DNA of 64,000 nucleotides from Haliotis rufescens. Taxonomy: Eukaryota. The position numbers and the translations under genes were made by a program. Position 1 is the stretch's first letter; each line of letters begins with the position of its first letter. Shown here piece after piece: positions 52,851 to 64,000 of the stretch. The notes under the pieces were generated by a model that was not told where the DNA came from, did not search any database, and saw only the letters and a program-made list of their open reading frames with translations. The stretch lies in NCBI RefSeq assembly GCF_023055435.1, contig NW_025964112.1, positions 11,098,001-11,162,000 of the forward strand, given 5' to 3'.

Positions 52851-53118
52851 GGCCCGTGAAAATCCGGGTAGAGAATATGTCTTCGGCAACCCATGCTTGC
52901 CGTAAGTGGCGACTTTGATTGTTGTAAGAGGCGACTGAATGGATCGGGTGGTCAAGCTCGCTGACTTGGTTAATGCATGTCATCGCCAATTTCGTGGATC
53001 GATGCTCATGATGTCAATCACTTGTTGTTCTGGTCCAGACTCGATTATTTTCAGAACGCTGTCAAATAGCTGGAATATTGCTGACCATGGCGTGAAACAA
53101 ACAAACAAACAAACAAAA
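52851..53118 (+). mobile_element. Family C element inserted in a family E repeat
   Basis: Imperfect TSD catgtattgatg / catgtactaatg. Confidence 0.86.
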
Positions 53119-53307
53119 CATGTACTAATGAATCACTATCAAATAGTTTTGATACCAGGTGTTTGCGAAAAGGTGAGCGTACCGGTGGCACCCATCACAA
53201 ACACATGCAAAGACAAGTCAATTGTTCACCTGAAATGCATGTATTCCAAACAGGGGGCAGTAGGAAATACTCTTGAAGCAATACATGTATTTATCCGCAT
53301 GTGAGTG

Positions 53308-53725
53308 AATAAGGTCGATTTCTTGCCACTTTTATCTGTTCCGTGTCACGCTTATTATTGGGATCCGCAGATAGGCTCTAATGCCAGTTATAATAAGGTC
53401 GACTTCTTGCCACTTTTATCTGTTCCGTGTCACGCCTATTATTGGGATCCGCAGATAGGCTCTAATGCCAGTTATAATAAGGTCGACTTCTTGCCACTTT
53501 TATCTGTTCCGTGTCACGTCTATTATTGGGATCCGCAGATAGGCTCTAATGCCAGTTATAATAAGGTCGACTTCTTGCCACTTTTATCTGTTCCGTGTCA
53601 CGCCTATTATTGGGATCCGCAGATAGGCTCTAATGCCAGTTATAATAAGGTCGACTTCTTGCCACTTTTATCTGTTCCGTGTCACGTCTATTATTGGGAT
53701 CCGCAGATAGGCTCTAATGCCAGTT
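53308..53725. repeat. 84-bp tandem repeat, 5 near-identical copies
   Basis: aataaggtcg at 53308, 53392 and onward. Confidence 0.95.
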
Positions 53726-53906
53726 TCACCCAGATTTAAAGGACATTCGTCTTTCAAACCAGAATCATTTTCCGGGGTTCGAACCAACAACCTGCGGATA
53801 CTTGTGGACAGAGTGGGTTGTCGCATCTACTAACAATCATCTGTATGCCAAGATAATTCTCGCGCATTTTCAACAGGTCATATGTATACGTGTTATTAAC
53901 GTTCAT

Positions 53907-54145
53907 CAGTGAGTGAGTGAGTTTGGTTTGACGCCACTTTGAACAACTTTCCAGTTATATCACGACGTGTCAGCTTATTGTGAAAGGAAAGGAGGAAAGC
54001 CTGAAGTGATGCAGGTCTCAGACCTTTACCACTTCGGTGAAACCCACGACGACGGACAGGTACACCAAGAAACATAATCGGGGCGACATAGGCTCTGAAC
54101 CCAAAATCATAGGTTTCTGGCGTACCCAAGGGGCTCAACTCTGCA
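53907..54145 (-). mobile_element. SINE family B variant
   Basis: Reverse complement of the family B body and tail. Confidence 0.82.
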
Positions 54146-54251
54146 ATGGGGTCAACAAATGAAATGTATGCATGTACATTATGCAATTTGAAAGCTACAA
54201 TATTAATGCTCTCTCAATCACAGTCACAAACAACGGGTAATAACATTTCTC

Positions 54252-54538
54252 TGTGGCACGGGTGGCCAAGTCGTCTAGGCGCCGCGATTCGCTGTGTAGA
54301 GTTGCGTCCCTTGGGCACGCCAGAAACCTATGATTGTGGGTTCGAATCCCGGTTCGCCCCAATTATGTTTCTAGGTTTGTCAGCACCATACCCGTGCTCG
54401 TGGGTTTCACCAAAGTGGCAAACATCTGAGACCTGCACCACTTCGGGCTTTCCTCCCACATTAAGCCGACAGGCCGCGATATAACTGGACTACTGTTAAA
54501 AGCGGCGTTTAACCCAACTCACTCAATCACTCACTCAC
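54252..54538 (+). mobile_element. SINE family B, full length
   Basis: 11-bp TSD taacatttctc. Confidence 0.92.
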
Positions 54539-54837
54539 TAACATTTCTCAAAGTTGTCAGCTGCTGTTTTATTTCACCGCGTCAACAGATTCACCTAAAA
54601 GTATAACCTAACAGTATTCAACTTTTCAAAATAGTTTATAACCACATATAGATAAAACATTTATCGATACTAAAACTTCACAACTTCTGCATGTAAGTGT
54701 GCAATATATTTATTGCAAATCGATAAAAATGTTTTTTGTTACGTATTGCTTAGGTGGATCTGATAAGTGACATACATGGCACTTCTATTTATTCCCTTTC
54801 GTCTGTTATAAAACGCCTATATTTGTCTATGTTTTGT

Positions 54838-55989
54838 CTATGATTCTCGGCTTGAGCTCCTTAAAGCGGTTCGGGCAAACTTTCTTTTCTTTGGTACTTT
54901 ATTCCGGGAAACTTCATTTGGAAACAGCCATGTTGCAGTTTCACCTTCTGTTTTCTCTCCCAGTGTTACTCCATTAATTAGCGGTTCAGCTTCAGATGAA
55001 TTGATCTTATGTTCATTTTCAAATAATGTCCAGAGTTGATTCAGCAGGTCATAAGCCAGTATGTCGTTTGTGTTATTGACAACAATCCTAATCAAGAAGA
55101 CGCCATCCTGGCGGAGATATCCCCTGACAAATTTCTTGAAAAGTTTTGTATCCAGGGAACCGCCATCTTTCTTTCTTTCTGTATCGATCAAGTATATGTA
55201 TTTGTGCAGGAAACGTTCTCGCCGAGATGTAAACACCTCCTCGACGAACCAGGACAAAAAACTGAGAAGAGTCACCACGGATAGAATGACCATGACAAAC
55301 CACTGTCCAGCGAAGATCTTTTCCAGGAAAAGGTTAATAGAGAGAACACACTGGACTGTGTATCGATGGATATTTTGAAGCTGCCTGATGTCGAAATCGC
55401 ACATTCCAATCCGAGGGAAGTGCTGAAAGTCTTTCCAGAGTGGATCTTCGGCCAGATATCCTCCGACCTCAACACCATATGTCCAGTAGTTGAAGCCAAG
55501 GAATATAGTGAGAATCTGGAACTGTGCTACAACATTGACGAGGTAAAGGAATTTGGTGAACATGTACAGCAGAACCAGATAACGCCCTGATCGTTTCCCA
55601 AACTGACAACAGTTGAGAATAGGTGTGGTAAATCTGCGATACGTCCTCAACCATCTGTTTATGAACATTGCAACCTGGCCCAGTTTCTTCACCCGAGCGG
55701 CCTTGGAGCTTAACTGGCACTCCATACACATTGATATGATCTTCTTGATGTTCAAACCGGAATGACCTTTTAAACTTTTCCAGAAGAAGTGCGGCAGCTC
55801 AAACATCACAGCCTGGAGGATGAGGATGAGCATTGCCCATCGGTAGTAGTTGATGGCCTTGTCGGAAGAGAAGCGGTCCTCGTCTGCAAGGGGGAGTTCG
55901 TGGATGAAGGGGACGTTGTAGAGGTCGGAGATCCAGCAGAGGCTGTTCACGTAGTCCTGCTGGTCATCCTCTTTATACTGCGCTGGGAG
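54838..55989 (-). CDS. inx: Innexin D, last exon (full protein ~440 aa)
   Basis: tacttcag|CTC CCA GCG: LPAQYKEDDQQDYVNSLCWIS..YYRW..FPRIGMCDF..QCVLSINLFLEK..QDGVFLIR; intact. Confidence 0.96.
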   Translation of the reverse strand, partial: LPAQYKEDDQQDYVNSLCWISDLYNVPFIHELPLADEDRFSSDKAINYYRWAMLILILQAVMFELPHFFWKSLKGHSGLNIKKIISMCMECQLSSKAARVKKLGQVAMFINRWLRTYRRFTTPILNCCQFGKRSGRYLVLLYMFTKFLYLVNVVAQFQILTIFLGFNYWTYGVEVGGYLAEDPLWKDFQHFPRIGMCDFDIRQLQNIHRYTVQCVLSINLFLEKIFAGQWFVMVILSVVTLLSFLSWFVEEVFTSRRERFLHKYIYLIDTERKKDGGSLDTKLFKKFVRGYLRQDGVFLIRIVVNNTNDILAYDLLNQLWTLFENEHKINSSEAEPLINGVTLGEKTEGETATWLFPNEVSRNKVPKKRKFARTALRSSSRES

Positions 55990-56314
55990 CTGAAGTAAAC
56001 GAGATGGGAAACGTCTTCACGAATCATACCATATGTCATTATGAATGTCATCCATGGTACAATGTTTGCCTGGCAGTATATTACAGTATGTCAGCGTGTC
56101 TGTTTCATAACATATATCTGTTTCGCCATTCCAATGCTTGTGCATCCTATGCTATATATCTGAATGTGTCTGTATAACAGTGTATCTGTCAAAGTGATGG
56201 ATCTCATTGTCTCTACGGATCCCGCTGTCTGTCGGTCTCTTCGGATCTGTCTGTCTGTCTGTCTGACCCACTGTTCTGTCATGTGTATACTGCACTGAAT
56301 CTATGGATCCATCT

Positions 56315-59300
56315 TATATGATACATACACTATGCTGTATCAATAGCTCTGTCTGTATGTCCATCTGATATCATACATACACTATGCTGTACCAATAGCT
56401 CTGTCTGTATGTCCATCTGATATCATACATACACTTTGCTGTACCAATAGCTCTGTCTGTATGTCCATCTGATATCATACATACACTTTGCTGTATCAAT
56501 AGCTCTGTCTGTATGTACGACTGATATCATACATACACCATGCTGTATCAAGCAACTGATACCATACATACACCATGCTGTATCAATAGCTCTGTCTGTA
56601 TGTACGACTGATATCATACATACACTATGCTGTATCAAGCAACTGATACCATACATACACTTTGCTGTATCAATAGCCCTTTCTGTATGTACGACTGATA
56701 TCATACATACACTACGCTGTATCAATAGCTCTGTCTCTATGTTCGACTGATATCATACATACACTATGCTGTATCAATAGCTCTGTCTGTATGGACGACT
56801 GATATCATACATACACTATGATGTATCCAGAGCTCTGTCTGTATGTACGACTGATATCATACATACACTATGCTGTAGCAATAGCTCTGTCTGTATGTCC
56901 ATCTGATATCATACATACACTATGCGGTATCAATAGCTCTGTCTGTATGAACGACTGATATCATACATACACTATGCTGTATCAATAGCTCTGTCTGTAT
57001 GGACGACTGATATCATTCATACACTATGATGTATGAATAGCTCTGTCTGTATGTACGACTGATATCATACATACACCATGCTGTATCAATAGCTCTGTCT
57101 GTATGTCCATCTGATATCATACATACACCATGCTGTATCAATAGCTCTGTCTGTATGTCCATCTGATATCATACATACACTATGTTGTATCAATAGCTCT
57201 GTCTGTATGTCCATATGATATCATACATACACTATGCTGTATCAATAGCTCTGTCTGTATGTCCATCTGATATCATACATACACCATGCTGTATCAATAG
57301 CTCTGTCTGTATGTCCATCTGATATCATACATACACTATGCTGTACCAATAGCTCTGTCTGTATGTCCATCTGATATCATACATACACTTTGCTGTATCA
57401 ATAGCTCTGTCTGTATGTACGACTGATATCATACATACACTATGCTGTACCAATAGCTCTGTCTGTATGGACGACTGATATCATGCATACACTATGATGT
57501 ATCCAGAGCTCTGTCTGTATGTCCATCTGATATCATACATACACCATGCTGTATCAATAGCTCTGTCTGTATGTCCATCTGATATCATACATACACTATG
57601 CGGTATCAATAGCTCTGTCTGTATGTCCATCTGATATCATATATACGCTCTGCTGTATCAATAGCTCTGTCTGTATGTCCAACTGATATCATACATACAC
57701 TATGCGGTATCAATAGCTCTGTCTTTATGTTCGACTGATACATTACATACACTATACTGTATCAATAGCTCTGTCTGTATGTACGACTGATAAATTACAT
57801 ACACTATACTGTATCAATAGCTCTGTCTGTGTGTCCATCTGATATCATACATACACTATACTGTATCAAAAGCTCTGTCTGTATGTCCATCTGATATCAT
57901 ACATACACTTTGCTGTATCAATAGCTCTGTCTGTATGTCCATCTGATATCATACATACACTATGTGGTATCAATAGCTCTGTCTTTATGTTCGACTCATA
58001 CATTACATACACTATACTGTATCAATAGCTCTGTCTGTATGTCCATCTGATATCATACATACACTATGCGGTATCAATAGCTCTGTCTGTATGTCCATCT
58101 GATATCATACATACACTATGCGGTATCAATAGCTCTGTCTGTATGTCCATCTGATATCATATATACGCTCTGCTGTATCAATAGCTCTGTCTGTATGTCC
58201 AACTGATATCATACATACACTATGCGGTATCAATAGCTCTGTCTTTATGTTCGACTGATACATTACATACACTATACTGTATCAATAGCTCTGTCTGTAT
58301 GTACGACTGATAAATTACATACACTATACTGTATCAATAGCTCTGTCTGTGTGTCCATCTGATATCATACATACACTATACTGTATCAAAAGCTCTGTCT
58401 GTATGTCCATCTGATATCATACATACACTATGCTGTATCAATAGCTCTGTCTGTATGTCCATCTGATATCATACATACACTATGTGGTATCAATAGCTCT
58501 GTCTTTATGTTCGACTCATACATTACATACACTATACTGTATCAATAGCTCTGTCTGTATGTACGACTGATAAATTACATACACTATACTGTATCAATAG
58601 CTCTGTCTGTATGTCCATCTGATATCATACATACACTATGCTGTATCAATAGCTCTGTCTGTATGTCCATCTGATATCATACATACACTATGCTGTATCA
58701 ATAGCTCTGTCTGTATGTCCATCTGATATCATACATACACCATGCTGTATCAATAGCTCTGTCTGTATGTCCAACTGATATCATACATACACTATGCTGT
58801 ATCAATAGCACTGTCTGTTTGTCCGACTGATTTACATTCACTATGTTGTATCAATAGCTCTGTCTGTATGTCCATCTGATATCATACATAAACCATGCTG
58901 TATCAATAGCTCTGTCTGTATGTCCAACTCATATCATACATACACCACGCTGGATCAATAGCCCTGTCTGTATGTCCGACTGATATCATACATACACTAT
59001 GCTGTATCAATAGCCCTGTCTGTATGTCCATCTGATATCATACATACACCATGCTGTATCAATAGCTCTGTCTTTATGTTCGACTGATACATTACATACA
59101 CTATACTGTATCAATAGCTCTGTCTTTATGTCCAACTGATATCATGCATACACCATGCTGTATCAATAGCTCTGTCTTTATGTCCAACTGATATCATACA
59201 AACACTATGCTGGATCAATAGCTCTGTCTGTTTGTCCGACTGATATCATACATACACTATACTGTATCAATAGCTCTGTCTGTATGTCCATCTGATATCA

Positions 59301-61110
59301 TACATACACTATGCGGTATCATTAGCTCTGTCTGTATGTCCATCTGATATCATACATACACCATGCTGTATCAATAGCTCTGTCTGTATGTCCATCTGAT
59401 ATCATACACACACTATGCTGTATCAATAGCTCTGTCTGTATGTCCATCTGATATCATACATAAACTATGCTGTATCAATAGCTCTGTCTGTATGTCCATC
59501 TGATATCATACATACACTATGCGGTATCAATAGCTCTGTCTGTATGTCCATCTGATATCATACATTTACTATGCTGTATCAATAGCTCTGTCTGTATGTC
59601 CAACTGATATCATACATACACTATGCGGTATCAATAGCTCTGTCTGTATGTCCGACTCATAAATTATATACACTATACTGTATCAATAGCTCTGTCTGTA
59701 TGTCCATCTGATATCATACATACACTATGTGGTATCAATAGCTCTGTCTTTATGTTCGACTCATACATTACATACACTATACTGTATCAATAGCTCTGTC
59801 TGTATGTACGACTGATAAATTACATACACTATACTGTATCAATAGCTCTGTCTGTATGTCCATCTGATATCATACATACACTATGCTGTATCAATAGCTC
59901 TGTCTGTATGTCCATCTGATATCATACATACACCATGCTGTATCAATAGCTCTGTCTGTATGTCCATCTGATATCATACATACACCATGCTGTATCAATA
60001 GCTCTGTCTGTATGTCCAACTGACATCATACAAACACTATGCTGTATCAATAGCAATGTCTGTTTGTCCGACTGATTTACATTCACTATGTTGTATCAAT
60101 AGCTCTGTCTGTATGTCCATCTGATATCATACATACACCATGCTGTATCAATAGCCCTGTCTGTATGTCCGACTGATATCATACATACACTATGCTGTAT
60201 CAATAGCTCTGTCTGTATGTCCCACTGATATCATACATACACCATGCTGTATCAATAGCCCTGTCTGTATGTCCGACTGATATCATACATACACTATGCT
60301 CTATCAAGAGCCCTGTCTGTATGTCCGACTGATATCATACATACACTATGCTGTATCAATAGCCCTGTCTGTATGTCCGACTGATATCATACATACACTA
60401 TGATGTATCAATAGCCCTGTCTGTATGTCCGACTGATATCATACATACACTATGCTGTATCAATAGCCCTGTCTGTATGTCCGACTGATATCATACATAC
60501 ACTATGCTGTATCAATAGCCCTGTCTGTATGTCCAACTGATATCATACATACACCATGCTGTATCAATAGCCCTGTATGTATGTCCAACTGATATCATAC
60601 ATACACCATGCTGTATCAATAGCCCTGTATGTATGTCCAACTGATATCATACATACACCATGCTGTATCAATAGCCCTGTATGTATGTCCAACTGATATC
60701 ATACATACACCATGCTGTATCAATAGCCCTGTATGTATGTCCGACTAATATCATACATACACCATGCTGTATCCATAGCCCTGTATGTATGTCCAACTGA
60801 TATCATACATACACCATGCTGTATCAATAGCCCTGTATGTATGTCCGACTGATATCATACATACACCATGCTGTATCAATAGCCCTGTCTGTATGTCCGA
60901 CTGATATCATACATACACCATGCTGTATCAATAGCCCTGTATGTATGTCCTACTGATATCATACATACACCATGCTGTATCAATAGCCCTGTATGTATGT
61001 CCAACTGATATCATACATACACCATGCTGTATCAATAGCTCTGTCTGTATGTACGACTGATATCATACATACACCATGCTGTATCAACCAACTGATATCC
61101 ATACACCACG
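56315..61110. repeat. 52-bp satellite array (~4.8 kb) filling the innexin D intron
   Basis: atcatacatacactatgctgtatcaatagctctgtctgtatgtccatctgat; 52-bp spacing (56341, 56393); ~90 units. Confidence 0.96.
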
Positions 61111-61256
61111 CCGTATCTATGGATCTGTCTGTCTGTCCAACTGATATACTATCACCACGCCGTATGTATGGATCTGTCTGTCTGTCCAACTCATATACAT
61201 ACACCATGCTGTATCTATTGACCTATCTATATAGGTCTGTGTGTTTTTCAACTCAC

Positions 61257-61422
61257 CCAACAGTGGATCGGCTTGCCCACAAACTGTTTAGTTCCGATCC
61301 CGATAGCGAGTGTGGTCAAGGTGACCACCATCACATAGTGATGGAGTTGGTCGACGACGTCGTCATCCCTGATCACATTACCGAGTCGCAGCTGGGAAAA
61401 CTTGTTTATAATGTTGTCCAAC
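61257..61422 (-). CDS. inx: Innexin D, N-terminal/TM1 exon
   Basis: tgttttag|G TTG GAC...TGT TGG|gtgagt: LDNIINKFSQLRLGNVIRDDDVVDQLHHYVMVVTLTTLAIGIGTKQFVGKPIHCW. Confidence 0.94.
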
Positions 61423-61898
61423 CTAAAACAAAACATATATATTTTAGGAGCAACGAACGAAACATGATAACATGAAACTTCTTGTAATTGGATGTTTACC
61501 GATGACCAGCATACATGTATGTCTGTGCTCGGGTCATGGAGATTTAAACACAGTTCAGTGTTCATATCCGAGTGTTTCTTCAACTTGAAATCAAGTCGGG
61601 AATCGGTCGTCACCATTACAAGATTCAATATACGTATGGCAACATCATCTCACAACCACCAGACCTCGCCTGGAGACTCAGAAAACCCCTACCAGAAGTT
61701 AAGTTATCTGTAAAGACGTTTAGGTTTGATACAACACATATAACCTATTTCTAGGGAAGTAACATAATTAGCTCATGTACATACCGTTCATTCAGCTAGA
61801 ATATTAAATAAATGTGCACTCCTTTCCTACATTATTACATGAGTGTTTCCAACAATTGTGATCGACATGGTTCACAATTGCGTGGATGCGCTGCACTA

Positions 61899-63436
61899 TA
61901 GTTTGACCAGAAATTATTGAGAATTTTATATACTATTTTGGCCATCAGTGTTTACTATATCAAAGGTGTATGTAGAACTTAGTCTTAAGGGAGACAACTC
62001 CGCGTATCATATTTGTAAAGTGAAACCAGAGTTGTCTCCCTTGGTAAACAAGCCAGCAGACGGCAAATAGTACCACAGTGGAAATAGCAGCTTTTGACAA
62101 AAAATTAAAAATATTTTTGAATTATACAATCAATGAATATGATCAGAACATCATTACAGGGAGAACAGACATTCCACTATCAACTGTGTATCGTGTTTTG
62201 AAAAGTATTGAGAGTGGAGATGGAATAAAGCACAGAAGGGGAGCAGGTAGGCCAAAGATATCTACTGTTGGTCACAGAAGACGGATTGGTATATTGGCGT
62301 CTCAAAAATAGTAGGCATGTAATAATTAATAGAAGAAAAGTTCATGTTTCAAAAGAGACAATAAGAACGCATTTGCAAAGTGCAGAAATCACGAGGAATT
62401 CTATCACCACTCCTAAAACCTGAACAGCAAGAGCGACGTTTGAACTGGTGTTTTGGCGCATAGAAATGTCAACTTGGACAATGTTATGTTCTCCGATGAA
62501 AGTTCAATATGTATATATCCAAACTGCACACAAATGTGGACCCAAAGTACAGAAAAACCAATTTACAAGCGTCCAAAGAACAGTCCTAAATGTCCTGTGT
62601 TGGGTGGGGTGTCTGTGTTGGGTGCCACACCATTATGTGTACTTGAAGGTAACATAACCAGTGCAGTGTACACTGATATTCTACAGGGACATTTTCTTCC
62701 AACAGCACACATTTTGTATGGTGACTGATGAATACTCAAGCAAGACAATGATCTAATAAAAAGAGCGAAGCATTCTCAGTAAGGTTGTTGTTGTTGTTGT
62801 TGTTGTTTTGTTTAACGCCGCACTCAGCAATATTCCAGCTTTAAGACGGCGGTCTGTAAATTATCGAGTTTGGACCAGACAATCCAGTGATTGACATCAT
62901 GAGCATCGGTCCACCCAATTGGGATACGATGACATGCATCAACCAAGTCAGCGAGCCCGACTACCCGATCCCGTCAGTCGCCTCTTACGTCAAGCATCGT
63001 CGCCTATTACGGCAAGCATGGGTTGTTGAAGACCTATTCTAACCGGATCTTCACGGGTCTCTCAGGAAAGGTTTAACGAGCAAAATGTTACACTCCTGGC
63101 GTGTCCGGACCGGAAACCAACTGAAATGATTTGGGGAATCATGAAGGACAATATCAATAAAAAATCTAAACAATATTTAGATGATAAAAAAATTATGAAA
63201 GCAGAGGTGGTGAGATATTCGGATATAAGGACTCATGGTTTGATTACTACCTTGATGGGCAGTATGCCTCGTCACATTATTAAGAAAAGATGTGGTCTGA
63301 CAAAATATTGATCAATTTTATTGTTTTGTAGCTTAAAGTAAGCATTGTTTGTAGAGCAAACTTATTTCTTGGTCTATGACTTAATAAATCTATAATTTAC
63401 AATGTTCTCATTGTAAAATCATTTCTGGTCAAACTA
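61899..63436 (+). mobile_element. Degenerate full-length Tc1/mariner transposon
   Basis: TIR tagtttgaccagaaat / atttctggtcaaacta with TA flanks; HTH IPLSTVYRVLK, GAGRPK, VMFSDES, QDND and PTEMIWGIMK remnants, with stops and frameshifts. Confidence 0.9.
62787..63059 (-). mobile_element. Family C element nested in the Tc1 transposase
   Basis: Full-length reverse complement; imperfect TSD tctcag..aaggtt. Confidence 0.9.
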
Positions 63437-63602
63437 TATGCAAAACCGTTCGTCCCCGTAATTCATCCGATTAGCAGATCAACAATACAGTGTCGCTTCT
63501 TGACTGTTTACACAGAAATAACACTGACACGGTTCATCTAGGCGATGACGACAGTGTCACAAGATAATCATGAATCTACCGAAGACAAAAATGTATACTT
63601 AC

Positions 63603-63635
63603 ACCATGCTGTCAAGTCGAAATCAACGTTTACAT
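63603..63635 (-). other. inx: Candidate innexin D start exon (coding ATG GT at 63607-63603)
   Basis: ttcattgcag|atgtaaacg...gacagcATG GT|gtaagt; phase 2 joins G at 61422 to give MVLDNII. Confidence 0.65.
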
Positions 63636-63935
63636 CTGCAATGAAGTCACGAGGTATTAATAATGTTATTACACAACAAACTTATACACGGGGTGTATCA
63701 GATTACACGATTAGTCCAGCGACCGTGACTACACATAGTACAGAGACTGGGTGCATATTACAAAATGCAATTTAAGCAAACACAAAATGAACTAAGTACT
63801 TTACATGCATATTGTTCCCTAAAACATGGTTGAAATAAAGTCAAATAGAAACCGCTTTTAATGTACCGTTTTTATAAAAAAAAATGTTATTAGAAATGTA
63901 AGTGATATTTCCTATATGTGAGTCTGATTTAGAGG

Positions 63936-64000
63936 GGTGTTGGTTGGTTTGTTGTTTAACGCCACACTCAGCAATATTCCAGCTATATGACGGCGGTCTG
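63936..64000 (-). mobile_element. Family C 3' end (continues beyond window)
   Basis: gtttgttgtttaacgccacactcagcaatattccagctatatgacggcggtctg. Confidence 0.85.

Overview
AT-rich, repeat-dense eukaryotic DNA, most likely from a mollusc. A gastropod such as abalone is my inference from the innexin style and SINE repertoire; it is not proven. The main content is a tandem cluster of four intron-containing innexin (invertebrate gap-junction/hemichannel) genes arranged <-A, B->, C->, <-D. Gene A (minus) has exons 16038-16233, 13358-13498 and 11366-12322, with a possible start exon at ~23321. Gene B (plus) has exons 34983-35147 and 37917-38975 and carries a single in-frame TAA at 38565. Gene C (plus) has exons 41940-41941, 42927-43092 and 44399-45457, and its start codon appears to be split AT|G by an intron. 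Gene D (minus) has exons 63603-63607, 61257-61422 and 54838-55989. B, C and D form a divergent subgroup (DDDxxDQLHH, F/YYRW, C-x18-C). The rest of the window is large minisatellite arrays (21, 22, 31, 32, 33, 36, 52, 61 and 84 bp units), four recurring SINE-like families, Tc1/mariner remnants, MITEs, LINE fragments and two assembly gaps. Three of the SINE-like families share a 3' tail, and one has no tRNA head but a structured 5' end. Most long ORFs in the supplied track are artefacts of tandem repeats or N-gaps.
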